Source: a virus
Virus record (IMG/VR): IMGVR_UViG_3300045988_070061
Location: 1 to 58,686 of that record
DNA: 58,686 nt
Strand: one strand, 5' to 3'
Every line of letters begins with the position of its first letter. Position 1 is the first letter of the stretch. Under the pieces are notes generated by a model, which was not told where the DNA came from, ran no database searches, and worked only from the letters and a program-made list of their open reading frames with translations. The position numbers and the translations under genes were made by a program. Of this stretch, positions 43,343 through 52,408 are shown piece after piece.

Positions 43343-43376
43343 AATCCCGGTGCCGTGATACACACCGGGATTTTTT
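43343..43376. terminator. 10-bp hairpin with a T-run
   Basis: AATCCCGGTG/CACCGGGATT followed by T6 on the + strand, between the lipoprotein and integrase genes. Confidence 0.4.
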
Positions 43377-43378
43377 AT

Positions 43379-44041
43379 TTATTGTAAATTTATTTCTTGC
43401 TGTTGAGCGATTAACTGAGTAACATTGTCGTTATCAATATCTACATCATCAGAATTATCAGCGCGGAATTTAACTGGTGATGTGTCATCTTGTAATTCAA
43501 ATGGAATTCCAACATTTATAGTTGCGCCAGAAAGAACTTCTTTGTAGTAATTGTTATATGATTCATCATCATCTATAGCAGACGCCCAGTCTGTCTTTTC
43601 AAGTTGAATCCCGTTTTGATATGCAACAAATGAATAATGGTCTAAAAATGTGCAGTCACGATCATTGATATTCGTAAAATCAAAATACACTAATAATATT
43701 TTCTTTCCAGAAGAATCTGTATCGTCTACAACCTTACTTCCGGTATATTTAAAGCTTGTTGTATTAGAAGTTATATCAATTTTTTCTACTTTATCATATC
43801 CATCTTCGATATTATCATTTCCATGTTTTTTAACCCATTCTTCCTGTGACAAATTTTCATCATCATCGGAAGATGCATCTTTCTTAGCATTGGTAACGGC
43901 TTTTTTGCCTGATTTCTTTTTTGAACTGGATTGCGCTGTTTGCTTGGTGCTGGATTCTTTCTTTTGAGAAGTATTTCCACACGCAACGGTTGAAATGGAT
44001 AATATGCACGCTAACAGTGCTACAACAAATTTCTTTTTCAT
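43379..44041 (-). CDS. Lipoprotein (DUF5067/DUF4352-like), candidate superinfection-exclusion factor
   Basis: Lipobox STVAC-G, S/K-rich linker, beta-rich domain KKILLVYFDFTNINDRDCTF...AYQNGIQLE. Confidence 0.55.
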   Translation of the reverse strand: MKKKFVVALLACILSISTVACGNTSQKKESSTKQTAQSSSKKKSGKKAVTNAKKDASSDDDENLSQEEWVKKHGNDNIEDGYDKVEKIDITSNTTSFKYTGSKVVDDTDSSGKKILLVYFDFTNINDRDCTFLDHYSFVAYQNGIQLEKTDWASAIDDDESYNNYYKEVLSGATINVGIPFELQDDTSPVKFRADNSDDVDIDNDNVTQLIAQQQEINLQ

Positions 44042-44070
44042 AATTTCCTCCTCAATTTTTTACAATAAAA

Positions 44071-44433
44071 TCACCATTTAGATAGTTCTTTATATTGCTC
44101 ATAGTTATCTTGCTCATCTTGCTCACGCAATTCTGCATTTCTTTTCAAAGCATTACGTTCAATTTCTTCCCACTTTTTTCTTTCGCTAATTTTCTTTTCA
44201 CGCAAAATTTGTTTTTGCTCAGCCATTTGCTTGGCTCTTTTCTTTGCTTCCTCTTGTTCAATTAATCGTCTTTTCTTCTCTTTATTCAAGCGGTTAACAT
44301 CGGATATAAAATCGCATATTTTGTAAATAATGAAAATAATTATAGCAGGAGGAAATGCTAGAACTACAAGTCCCATAATTATAAATGATGTAATCATAGA
44401 TAAAACCTCTTGTACGCTATATAGCTTTTGCAA
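44071..44433 (-). CDS. Membrane-anchored coiled-coil protein
   Basis: N-terminal TM helix, K/E/R-rich helix. The start may be the internal ATG at 44397. Confidence 0.45.
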   Translation of the reverse strand: MQKLYSVQEVLSMITSFIIMGLVVLAFPPAIIIFIIYKICDFISDVNRLNKEKKRRLIEQEEAKKRAKQMAEQKQILREKKISERKKWEEIERNALKRNAELREQDEQDNYEQYKELSKW

Positions 44434-44710
44434 TTCGCAGTTTGTTTAAATCTGGAAATAATTCACTTGCTATTTCAAGATAGTCGTTCATATGATTTCT
44501 CATTTCTATTTTCTGAACATCTTCTTCATCAAAATCATTTCCGAGAATATGTCTCATTTCATGCAAGAACACTTCATGCTGTTTTTCGTAGTTCAATGAT
44601 GCATCTATGAATATTGTATAAGAATCATCAGCGTTGTGTTTGACGCATCCTGGAATGCCATATGACTTATCTAGCATTACCACGTTTATATAATATCCTT
44701 TGTAGTACAA
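44417..44710 (-). CDS. ImmA/IrrE-family metallopeptidase
   Basis: HEVFLHEMRHILGNDF (HExxH), directly downstream of the repressor. Confidence 0.7.
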   Translation of the reverse strand: MYYKGYYINVVMLDKSYGIPGCVKHNADDSYTIFIDASLNYEKQHEVFLHEMRHILGNDFDEEDVQKIEMRNHMNDYLEIASELFPDLNKLRIAKAI

Positions 44711-45082
44711 TCATTCCTCACCTTCCTCAATTTTGCGCAATTCAGCGAGCTTCTTGGCAAAATCAACCAGTCTTTCTTTATCAACGGTGTTGTATACATC
44801 AAAGAGAATCTTGTCGTTGTTGTAGATTTCCTGTGCTGTCCGAGCTGTTTCTTCATCAATGTAGTAGCCTTTATTGGAGGTTTCTTCGATTGGTTCTTCG
44901 CCTGTAAAGTATTCAACGCTAACCCCAAAGTAATCAGCTATCTTTTGAAGCTTTTCCCTCTTAGGAGTGTATTTCCCTTGCTTCCAGCTCGTGAGAGTGG
45001 CTGTTGTAACGCCTGTTTCTTTTGCAACTCTGTATGCAGTCACATTGTTTTTCTTTAGTAGTTCTTCAAATTTTTCATACAT
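44711..45082 (-). CDS. CI-like XRE-family repressor
   Basis: N-terminal HTH VTAYRVAKETGVTTATLTSWKQGK, divergent from the Cro-like gene. Confidence 0.8.
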   Translation of the reverse strand: MYEKFEELLKKNNVTAYRVAKETGVTTATLTSWKQGKYTPKREKLQKIADYFGVSVEYFTGEEPIEETSNKGYYIDEETARTAQEIYNNDKILFDVYNTVDKERLVDFAKKLAELRKIEEGEE

Positions 45083-45105
45083 AGCTTTTCCTTTCTTAAA
45101 GCAAA

Positions 45106-45180
45106 CTTAGAAAACTATGCTATTATATGTTGACAAGCTTAGAAAACTATGCTAACATACAGACATAGCTTAGAAAACTA
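45106..45180. promoter_or_regulatory. Three direct operator copies CTTAGAAAACTA(TGCTA) spaced 32 and 31 bp
   Basis: Copies start at 45106, 45138 and 45169. Confidence 0.65.
45130..45158 (+). promoter_or_regulatory. Rightward early promoter (PR-like)
   Basis: TTGACA-17 nt-TAACAT, with the spacer filled by the second operator copy. Confidence 0.55.
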
Positions 45181-45201
45181 AGTTAGAACAATATAAGGTT
45201 T

Positions 45202-45263
45202 CTTAGATAACTTAGATGGTACTTTGATTATATAAGGAACCTTAGATAGTGTCAATATCTAAG
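45202..45263. promoter_or_regulatory. Second operator family CTTAGAT(A/G), including the palindrome CTTAGATA-N7-TATCTAAG
   Basis: Copies at 45202, 45211 and 45241, and inverted at 45256-45263 next to the cro RBS. Confidence 0.55.
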
Positions 45264-45274
45264 GAGGTGTAATA

Positions 45275-45463
45275 GTGTACGAAAAATTCCAATTATTATT
45301 GGACAAAACGAACAAAACGCCATATCAAGTGTCGAAAGATACTGGAATTTCCACGGCAACATTATCTAACTGGAAAAACGGCGCATATGTTCCAAAGGTA
45401 GACAAGCTGATGATTCTTGCGAAATACTTCGATGTTTCGATTGAGTATTTCCTGGAAGAGTAG
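45275..45463 (+). CDS. Cro-like XRE-family regulator
   Basis: 62 aa with a GTG start after AAGGAGGTG. The HTH TPYQVSKDTGISTATLSNWKNG is paralogous to the repressor N-terminus. Confidence 0.75.
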   Translation: MYEKFQLLLDKTNKTPYQVSKDTGISTATLSNWKNGAYVPKVDKLMILAKYFDVSIEYFLEE

Positions 45464-45474
45464 AAAGGAGAACA

Positions 45475-46215
45475 ATGAACGAATTACAAATTTTTAATTC
45501 AGAAGAGTTCGGTGATATCCGAACAGTAACTATTGAGAATGAACCTTGGTTTGTTGGAAAAGATGTGGCAGAAGCACTTGGATATTCCAACGCAAGTAAA
45601 GCTGTTTCGACTCATGTTGGAGAAGAAGATAGGATTTTAAAAGTCCTTGAAGCAGATTCCCAAAATGGGAATGTGGTGAAAACTCAGACAGCACTTATCA
45701 ACGAATCCGGCTTATACGCATTAATCTTCGGAAGTAAGTTGGAATCCGCTAAGAGATTCAAACACTGGGTTACATCCGAAGTTCTTCCGGCAATCAGAAA
45801 GACTGGTGCTTATCAGAAGCCAATGACAACCGACCAGAAGATTCAGTTACTTGCTCAAGGCAATGTAGAGCTGACAGAGAAAATTGACAAGGTAGATAAG
45901 GACTTGCAGGAGTTTAAGGCAGACATGCCCTTGTTAGCACTGGAATGCCAGAGAATCACAAGAGCGAAGAATCAGAAAGTAGTTCCGCTGATGGGCGGAA
46001 AGGATGCACCGGCATACAAGAATAAAAGTCTGATGCACAAAGTATACAGCGATGTGGATGCACAGCTCAGAAGAGAATTCGGTGTGAATACTTATAAGGC
46101 AATTAAGCGGAGCCAATGCGATTTGGCAGTTGAGATTATTAAAAAATACGAATTGCCAAGATGTCTGAGAGAGGAAATTGAGGATGAAAATTCTCAGATG
46201 TGCTTTGCGGTGTAG
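45475..46215 (+). CDS. Antirepressor (Bro-N domain)
   Basis: LQIFNSEEFGDIRTVTIENEPWFVGKDVAEALGY Bro-N signature. Confidence 0.75.
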   Translation: MNELQIFNSEEFGDIRTVTIENEPWFVGKDVAEALGYSNASKAVSTHVGEEDRILKVLEADSQNGNVVKTQTALINESGLYALIFGSKLESAKRFKHWVTSEVLPAIRKTGAYQKPMTTDQKIQLLAQGNVELTEKIDKVDKDLQEFKADMPLLALECQRITRAKNQKVVPLMGGKDAPAYKNKSLMHKVYSDVDAQLRREFGVNTYKAIKRSQCDLAVEIIKKYELPRCLREEIEDENSQMCFAV

Positions 46216-46227
46216 GAGGAAAACATT

Positions 46228-46377
46228 ATGGACGAAAAGAGAAAATTAATCGAAGAAGAGCTTAGAAAACTTGGAATCAATACGATTGATGAACTCAACG
46301 AAGCCATCAAAAAAGAGAAACTGGATGTAACTCTGATGGTCGCTCCGATTCCGAATAAAAAGGCAGCAACATGTTAG
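46228..46377 (+). CDS. Small protein (49 aa)
   Basis: AGGAGGA RBS. Below the ORF-track cutoff. Confidence 0.4.
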   Translation: MDEKRKLIEEELRKLGINTIDELNEAIKKEKLDVTLMVAPIPNKKAATC

Positions 46378-46385
46378 GAGATCAT

Positions 46386-46511
46386 ATGAAAGAAATCTTC
46401 AAAAAAATCCTGTTTTGGGTGGCGATTGCAATATTGTTCGAGATAGTATGGATCGCAATTCTGCTGGTCTACTGCCGAATGGGCGGACCACTAGATATTG
46501 TGTGGAAATAA
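46386..46511 (+). CDS. Small membrane protein (41 aa)
   Basis: One TM helix, ATG 46386. Confidence 0.35.
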   Translation: MKEIFKKILFWVAIAILFEIVWIAILLVYCRMGGPLDIVWK

Positions 46512-46594
46512 AAATCGCACCCATAGAGAGTGGCATCTCATACAGGTGCAAATGTAAAAATAAATGACAATTAAATAATAGCATAGGAGGCGTC

Positions 46595-46774
46595 ATGAAA
46601 CAACCTAAAAAGTTAACATTGAGCCAGAAAAAGCTTCTGGTGAATCTCGGGCTGCCCCCGAAAGAATGGATGAACCTGTTCGAAGATGATTTGTACTTAC
46701 ATATCGTCAAAAAGGATAGTTCAGATAGAAAAATTATAAGCAAAACAGACATGGTGGTGGTTCAAAGTGCCTGA
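46595..46774 (+). CDS. DUF6906-like small protein (59 aa)
   Basis: TAGGAGG RBS. KKLTLSQKKLLVNLGLPPKEWMNLFEDDLYLHIV pattern. Confidence 0.5.
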   Translation: MKQPKKLTLSQKKLLVNLGLPPKEWMNLFEDDLYLHIVKKDSSDRKIISKTDMVVVQSA

Positions 46775-46955
46775 ATCAATTTCAAAATATGATGATTGGA
46801 AAACCAGTTTACCAGATGAACCAGAGCCAATAGCATTTTGCGATTCTTGCGGCGCCGAATTGTATGAGGGTGATTACTTATACACGATTAATGGTGAAAA
46901 GTTATGCGAGGATTGTTTGAATGATGAATACAGGAGGGTATTAAGTGATGAATGA
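46767..46955 (+). CDS. Small zinc-ribbon protein
   Basis: CDSCG...CEDC. Confidence 0.5.
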   Translation: MPESISKYDDWKTSLPDEPEPIAFCDSCGAELYEGDYLYTINGEKLCEDCLNDEYRRVLSDE

Positions 46956-47133
46956 AACTGAGAATGTAAATATCCCATTTAGTCATTTTTGGGAAATAGT
47001 TACGGATTCTGCAGAGCTCTATGCCTTAAGAGAGCATTTAAAAATATTAATGAGTTCTAATACATCTGGACTTTTATACAAAGAAGAAGTTGCAAAAATT
47101 TGCGGCATTGATTTAAAGGAGTTGAATGAATAA
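46945..47133 (+). CDS. Hypothetical protein
   Basis: 62-aa ORF. Start is GTG 46945 or ATG 46948. Confidence 0.45.
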   Translation: MMNETENVNIPFSHFWEIVTDSAELYALREHLKILMSSNTSGLLYKEEVAKICGIDLKELNE

Positions 47134-47975
47134 TGGCAGGAGTATCAATCCCACAAAGCGAATATAGGGCGCATCCAGCCATTTCTTCTACAGATATAAA
47201 GAGGATGGCTCAAAGCATGGCCCATTTTAAATATTTTTTGGACAACCCAGAAGACAAAGATACGCCAGCTCTGCAGTTCGGACGGGCGTACCACAAATAC
47301 TGCCTTGAACCATATGATTTTTCCAATGAGTTCGTTGTTGCGCCAAACATTGATAAACGAACGAAAAAAGGAAAAGAAGAGTATGCAAAATTCCTAAGCG
47401 AAGCAGAGGGCAAGGAAGTGATATCTCAAGAAACAATGGATACATTAGAGTCCATGAGGACGGCACTGTACGCCACACCGTTTGTGAAGAAATTAATTTA
47501 CGGAAAACATGAAGAAAGTTTTTTCTGGAAAGATGAAGAAACAGGCATTGAGTGTAAATGCAGACCGGATAGCTACGGAGAGATTAGCGGGCAGCCTATA
47601 TGTGTTGACTTGAAGACTTGCCAGTGCGCTGAGACAGAAAAGTTCATGAGAGATGCAATCAAACTCAATTATGACATTCAAGCAGCGCATTATTGTGACG
47701 GACTTAAAGCTAATACAGGCAAAGAGTTCTTGTTCGTTTTCATAGCACAGGAAAAGAAACCGCCGTATCTCTGTAATGTTTTACAGGCTGACGAATTCTT
47801 TATGAAATCTGGAAAAGACGTAAGAAATTCTCTCTTAGAGACATATTGCGAATGCGTAAAGAAAAATGAGTACCCGGGGTATATGGGATTCAGAGATGAT
47901 GTGCAAATCAGTAGTCTCGGCATTCCAGAGTGGTTGAAAAAGGCGTATGGATACGAAGAAAGCGAGGTTGAGTAA
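47133..47975 (+). CDS. PD-(D/E)XK recombination exonuclease (RecE/YqaJ-like role)
   Basis: 280 aa. ...CRPD...ICVDLKTCQ... D/E-x-K core. Upstream of the RecT-like gene. Confidence 0.6.
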   Translation: MAGVSIPQSEYRAHPAISSTDIKRMAQSMAHFKYFLDNPEDKDTPALQFGRAYHKYCLEPYDFSNEFVVAPNIDKRTKKGKEEYAKFLSEAEGKEVISQETMDTLESMRTALYATPFVKKLIYGKHEESFFWKDEETGIECKCRPDSYGEISGQPICVDLKTCQCAETEKFMRDAIKLNYDIQAAHYCDGLKANTGKEFLFVFIAQEKKPPYLCNVLQADEFFMKSGKDVRNSLLETYCECVKKNEYPGYMGFRDDVQISSLGIPEWLKKAYGYEESEVE

Positions 47976-48691
47976 TGGAAGATAAAAAAGAAGCAACACA
48001 GGAAGAAAAGAAAGAAGTGGCAACCAAAAATGAACACGTAAACATGGTGGCAGACTTTGAGCATGGCATCTACGGAAGCTCCGACAGCTTCAAAATGGCA
48101 TATCAGATGGCCAAAGCATTAAGCCAGTCCACAATAGTTCCGGCACATTTCCAGAGAAATGAAGCAAACTGCCTAGTTGCAATCTCTCAGGCGCAGAAAC
48201 TGGATATAGATCCGTTCACTGTTATGCAGAATATGTACATGATTCAAGGAAAAATTAGTTGGAGTTCCAGTTTTCTGATTGCAATGATTAATGCATCTGG
48301 AAAGTATGACATGGAATTACAGTTTGATGAAGAAGAAAAAGATGGCAAACCGTATTCGTGCAAATGCTGGACTGAAAAAGACGGCCGGAAAGTTGATGGC
48401 GTTAAGGTGACTATGGATATGGCTGATGATGAGGGGTGGACTAAGAAAAACGGAAGTAAATGGAAGACACTTCCAGCACTTATGCTCCGGTATAGATCGG
48501 CAAGCTTTTTCGCAAAGTTGAATTGCCCGGAATTAACAAACGGGTTCTATACCAAAGAGGAATTGATTGATAATGATTTTTCTGAAAAGAAGACAGAAAA
48601 ACAGGCAAATCTAAACGATTTGTTAAAAGAGGATGATTCCGACTCTATAGATGTGGACGCCGTAATTATAGAAAATGCGGAGGAAGAGTAA
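47975..48691 (+). CDS. recT: RecT-family single-strand annealing protein
   Basis: LDIDPFTVMQNMYMIQGKISW...LMLRYRSASFFAK pattern and synteny with the exonuclease. Confidence 0.55.
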   Translation: MEDKKEATQEEKKEVATKNEHVNMVADFEHGIYGSSDSFKMAYQMAKALSQSTIVPAHFQRNEANCLVAISQAQKLDIDPFTVMQNMYMIQGKISWSSSFLIAMINASGKYDMELQFDEEEKDGKPYSCKCWTEKDGRKVDGVKVTMDMADDEGWTKKNGSKWKTLPALMLRYRSASFFAKLNCPELTNGFYTKEELIDNDFSEKKTEKQANLNDLLKEDDSDSIDVDAVIIENAEEE

Positions 48692-49092
48692 TGCAATATC
48701 ACGTTACTGTAAAAGGTTTTAAGAGCGGTCTGAATGAATTACTTGCTGGAAGAACATATGACCACCGTACTAAAAAGTACAGAAATCCGGTTAAAAACAG
48801 AAACGATGCTCTCTGTGCAAAGTACATAAAATCCAGTAAAGAATTACGTGGAGTGAAAATTGACAAACCGATTATCATCCACTATGCATTCTATTGCGAA
48901 AACAAGATGCATGACCGAATGAATATTGCATCGGCATTCATCAAATCGTTTGAAGATGCTCTGCAGAAATGCAAAGTAATAAAAAATGATGGATTTGATG
49001 ATGTGTTGACACCTACTTTGTATTTTGAAGTAGATAAGGAAAATCCACGTGTAGAAGTAGTAATTGAAGAAAAAGAAAGTGAGGATAAATAA
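48691..49092 (+). CDS. rusA: RusA-family Holliday junction resolvase
   Basis: 133 aa, HDRMNIASAFIKSFEDALQKCKVIKNDGFDD acidic catalytic pattern. Confidence 0.65.
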   Translation: MQYHVTVKGFKSGLNELLAGRTYDHRTKKYRNPVKNRNDALCAKYIKSSKELRGVKIDKPIIIHYAFYCENKMHDRMNIASAFIKSFEDALQKCKVIKNDGFDDVLTPTLYFEVDKENPRVEVVIEEKESEDK

Positions 49093-49093
49093 G

Positions 49094-49423
49094 ATGATTA
49101 AAACAGATAAAGGAAATGTACATATTGAAGGACTTAGCATTGAGATTATGGCAGATTTTAGAGTTATTTGCCGTGTTTTGAGAAAGAATTTTGTCGAAAA
49201 TTTCGGAGAAGAAGACGGGAACAAAATTTTCAATGCATTACTTATTGAAGATTCAGAAGAATCAAGTTCAAACGTTGCCAAAGTTATTTTTGAATCTATC
49301 GATGAAGAGCCGGATAAAGAGAAAGCGGTTGAGGAAGAGAAATCTGATGAAAAAGAGCCGACAACAGGTAATCCACTGTTAGATGCGATATTGACGGCTG
49401 TGTTCGGTGGAGGTGCTAAGTAA
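49094..49423 (+). CDS. Hypothetical acidic protein
   Basis: In-frame ATG 49094 right after the rusA stop. Confidence 0.5.
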   Translation: MIKTDKGNVHIEGLSIEIMADFRVICRVLRKNFVENFGEEDGNKIFNALLIEDSEESSSNVAKVIFESIDEEPDKEKAVEEEKSDEKEPTTGNPLLDAILTAVFGGGAK

Positions 49424-49626
49424 TGTACATAAAAGCGAAATATCTTAAGAATGACATTCCATCTGGCAGTGCATATACATTTGAATCCGATGTTCCTGTA
49501 AAAATCGGGGACAAGGTTTCTATCGGCAAAGCACAGGCGATTGTAGCGGTCGTAAACGTACCGGAAGAGGAAGTTGTCGGATACAAGGACAAGATCAAAA
49601 AAGTACAGAAAGTAGAGGATGACTAA
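49423..49626 (+). CDS. Hypothetical protein
   Basis: 67-aa ORF with stop-start overlap. Confidence 0.5.
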   Translation: MYIKAKYLKNDIPSGSAYTFESDVPVKIGDKVSIGKAQAIVAVVNVPEEEVVGYKDKIKKVQKVEDD

Positions 49627-49820
49627 TGAATAGATTTGAGAAGATGCATGGTAAACCTGGTGCAAAATATGGAATCTACAACAAACAGGCTAAGAAATTC
49701 CAGTTTGGAATATGTGAAGATACTCCGATGCTCGCAGAAGCAAGATTGTGGCAGAAAATCGGGGATGATGCAAGAAAATGGCGATTCACGACAAAGAGAT
49801 TGCCAGACAAGGAGATATAA
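49626..49820 (+). CDS. Hypothetical protein
   Basis: 64-aa ORF with stop-start overlap. Confidence 0.5.
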   Translation: MNRFEKMHGKPGAKYGIYNKQAKKFQFGICEDTPMLAEARLWQKIGDDARKWRFTTKRLPDKEI

Positions 49821-49822
49821 TC

Positions 49823-50248
49823 ATGAATAAAGTAATTTTAATGGGCAGATTGACAAGAGACGCAGAAATTAGAAGTTCACAGGGAGGAACCCCTACAACG
49901 ATTGCCAGATACACACTGGCTGTAGATAGGAGATTCAAAAGAGACGGAGATCAGACAGCAGACTTTATTAATTGTATTGCTTTTGGGAAAAGCGCTGAAT
50001 TTGCTGAGAAATATTTCCATAAGGGAACAAAAGTTGTTGTAACCGGACGTATTCAGACAGGTTCTTATACCAATAAAGACGGACAGAAAGTTTACACAAC
50101 AGATGTTGTTGTAGAAGATCAGGAATTTGCTGAAAGCAAGGCAACAAGCCAGCAGAATCAGCAGTCGAATAATAGTGTCCCGGCAACAGACAGTGACGGA
50201 TTCATGAATATCCCGGATGGCATTGACGAGGAGATGCCATTTTCTTAA
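49823..50248 (+). CDS. ssb: Single-stranded DNA-binding protein
   Basis: MNKVILMGRLTRDAEIR... OB fold and an acidic tail DGIDEEMPF. AAGGAGA RBS. Confidence 0.9.
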   Translation: MNKVILMGRLTRDAEIRSSQGGTPTTIARYTLAVDRRFKRDGDQTADFINCIAFGKSAEFAEKYFHKGTKVVVTGRIQTGSYTNKDGQKVYTTDVVVEDQEFAESKATSQQNQQSNNSVPATDSDGFMNIPDGIDEEMPFS

Positions 50249-50255
50249 GAGGTGA

Positions 50256-50645
50256 TTGTGCTTGAAAACGAAACCGAAGAAGTGCTGCTATCCAGATTGT
50301 TTTAATTGCCCGTATGTGGATTGTCGATGGGATTGTGCAAACCCATCGCAGTACGCATATATACATTCAGAAGCTGGGAAAGCGGCGCAAGAGCGATATA
50401 ACAAATCCGAAAAAGGTAAAGAACGTGATAAACGAAGAGCAAAAAAAAGAATTGAATCCGGAAAGAATGCAGAAATGTGTAGGAAATATTATGCAAGAAA
50501 TAGGGAGAAAATTCTTGATGCGAAAAAGTGTAAACGCAATGAAAAATTGCGTATTTTAAAGGAAAAGCGAAGAGAATATGATCGCCAACGATATCTAAAA
50601 AGAAAGGAGGCGAAGCAAAGTGCAGAAAGAAAAGAAGCCGTCTGA
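50256..50645 (+). CDS. Cys-rich N-terminus / highly basic protein
   Basis: 129 aa with a TTG start, CCYPDCFNCPYVDC, then a K/R-rich helix. Confidence 0.45.
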   Translation: MCLKTKPKKCCYPDCFNCPYVDCRWDCANPSQYAYIHSEAGKAAQERYNKSEKGKERDKRRAKKRIESGKNAEMCRKYYARNREKILDAKKCKRNEKLRILKEKRREYDRQRYLKRKEAKQSAERKEAV

Positions 50646-51009
50646 AATCATACAAGAATTTCTTGAGTTCTTAAAATACTGCGATAAAGAGTATAAAGAT
50701 TGCGTAACACAGGTATACAAGTACGACAAAATGAATCAGGATTATCTGCATGATATTGAATTTGCTCATGACTATGATGAACGATGCAAGTTGGCCACAC
50801 AGATACACAAACAGAGAAATGACAGACGAGCGATGAAAGATAGAGTTGAATTTGTCGAAAAAGTAGCTAAATTCTGTGCGGACAGGCAGAATAAGCAGTT
50901 CATTGACAGGCTTAAAAGCCTATTGGAGCAACAGGAAAGAGCTGAACAGTATGTACTTAGCGAACGCCATTATAACAGGAGAGGTGAGATAGCCAATGAT
51001 ACTAATTAG
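50620..51009 (+). CDS. Hypothetical protein
   Basis: GGAGG lies 9 nt before GTG 50620. Confidence 0.5.
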   Translation: MQKEKKPSEIIQEFLEFLKYCDKEYKDCVTQVYKYDKMNQDYLHDIEFAHDYDERCKLATQIHKQRNDRRAMKDRVEFVEKVAKFCADRQNKQFIDRLKSLLEQQERAEQYVLSERHYNRRGEIANDTN

Positions 51010-51640
51010 TGATAAGGGACAGCAGAAAGGCAAGCACACCACCAAAGAGATTTACTGGCAGAAACAGGGGATAGAGGTGTTGACCATGCCTCTTCCCTGT
51101 GGAGATTACATAATCGCGAATGAACGAGTTATGGATGTAATCAACCGGAAGAATGAACGTGGTGTTCCAGTAAAGAAGATGGATTTTCTTGGAACATACA
51201 ATGTAACGGTTGATACCAAAAAAGATATTCAGGAGCTTGTCGGTGATATTTGTGGAAAGCAACACGCAAGATTCCGCGATGAATGTATATTGGCTCAGAA
51301 TAACGGCATTAAGTTGTATGTGTTGGTACAGAATGCCGGTGGATTGATTAAAGGAACAAAAGATATATATAATCCGACAATCCGAACGCTGGATGAGCTT
51401 CATAAATGGAAAAATCCGAGACTTTTTGTGATGAAGCGTACAAGTGATGTGATTGGTCATTACAAGAGCGGAAAACCAATATACAGGCGCACACAAAGGT
51501 ATCCGGCAGCAACCAGGGGCGAAACGCTCATGAAAGCTTGCAAGACTATGCAGAAGAAATATGGAGTTGAGTTCATTTTTTGCAGTAACTCTGAACAGGG
51601 AACGAAAGTTATTGAACTGCTTCAACAGGAGGTTAGGTAG
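50996..51640 (+). CDS. ERCC4/Mus81-type nuclease-like protein (tentative)
   Basis: PCGDYII ... VDTKKDIQELVGDI ... resembles the GDY...ERK-x3-D motifs. Confidence 0.4.
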   Translation: MILISDKGQQKGKHTTKEIYWQKQGIEVLTMPLPCGDYIIANERVMDVINRKNERGVPVKKMDFLGTYNVTVDTKKDIQELVGDICGKQHARFRDECILAQNNGIKLYVLVQNAGGLIKGTKDIYNPTIRTLDELHKWKNPRLFVMKRTSDVIGHYKSGKPIYRRTQRYPAATRGETLMKACKTMQKKYGVEFIFCSNSEQGTKVIELLQQEVR

Positions 51641-52408
51641 ATGGAACATTCTTTTAATATAGATATAGCAGCAGAATATGGCATCGAATGTGCAATTTTA
51701 CTTAAGCATCTTTATTTTTGGATTAAGAAAAATGAAGCGAATGATGAAAATTTCTTTGACGGAAGATACTGGACATACAACAGCGTGAAAGCCTTTTCGG
51801 TATTGTTTCCGTATATGACTGAAAGAAAAGTCAGATACACTTTGGAGAAAATGGAAGAACATGGATTGATTGTGGTCGGCAATTATAACAAGTCTCAGTA
51901 CGATAGAACCAAGTGGTATGCACTGACGGATTTGGCTTATTCGATTTTACAAAAAGGAAATTTCCATTTGACAAAAACGGCAAATGGAAAAGACGCTAAC
52001 GGCGAACCTATACCAGATATAAACACATATATAAATACAGATAATATATTAGATTCTAAAGAATCTAATTGTCAGACAGAGGTCAGACGATGCTTAGATG
52101 CATGGAACGAATTGGAAGAATACGGCATAAAAGCAGTGTCTAAAGTAAGCAACACATCTCAACGGTATCAACGATTAGTGGCAAGAATCAAGGAATATGG
52201 TATAGAGGATGTCTTAAAAGCCATAGAGAAAATTAAAGGCAGCAGTTTTCTACAGGGAAAATCGAATAGTAGACGAGCGTGGGTTGTTACTTTTGATTGG
52301 TTCGTGCTGCCGAATAATTTTCCAAAGGTATTGGATGGGAATTATGACGATGTGAAGAGTGATGGACCACATGAGACAAAAAAGCTGGAAGAAGACGGGT
52401 GGCAGTAA
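51641..52408 (+). CDS. Replisome organiser / replication initiator
   Basis: N-terminal winged-helix-like region (AILLKHLYFWIKKNE...). The C-terminal SFLQGKSNSRRAWVVTFDWFV is typical of the conserved phage C-terminal domain of such proteins. Confidence 0.55.
   Translation: MEHSFNIDIAAEYGIECAILLKHLYFWIKKNEANDENFFDGRYWTYNSVKAFSVLFPYMTERKVRYTLEKMEEHGLIVVGNYNKSQYDRTKWYALTDLAYSILQKGNFHLTKTANGKDANGEPIPDINTYINTDNILDSKESNCQTEVRRCLDAWNELEEYGIKAVSKVSNTSQRYQRLVARIKEYGIEDVLKAIEKIKGSSFLQGKSNSRRAWVVTFDWFVLPNNFPKVLDGNYDDVKSDGPHETKKLEEDGWQ

Noticed and set aside
48844-49665. 273-aa minus-strand ORF, the longest unexplained ORF in the track
   Set aside because: It is antisense to four well-supported, stop-start-coupled plus-strand genes (rusA and neighbours). 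The translation is low-complexity (S/F/I/L-rich) and has no RBS. This is a typical shadow ORF of an AT-rich coding strand.
51002-51649. 215-aa minus-strand ORF
   Set aside because: It is antisense to the ERCC4-like gene inside a unidirectional operon, with no RBS and a low-complexity translation.
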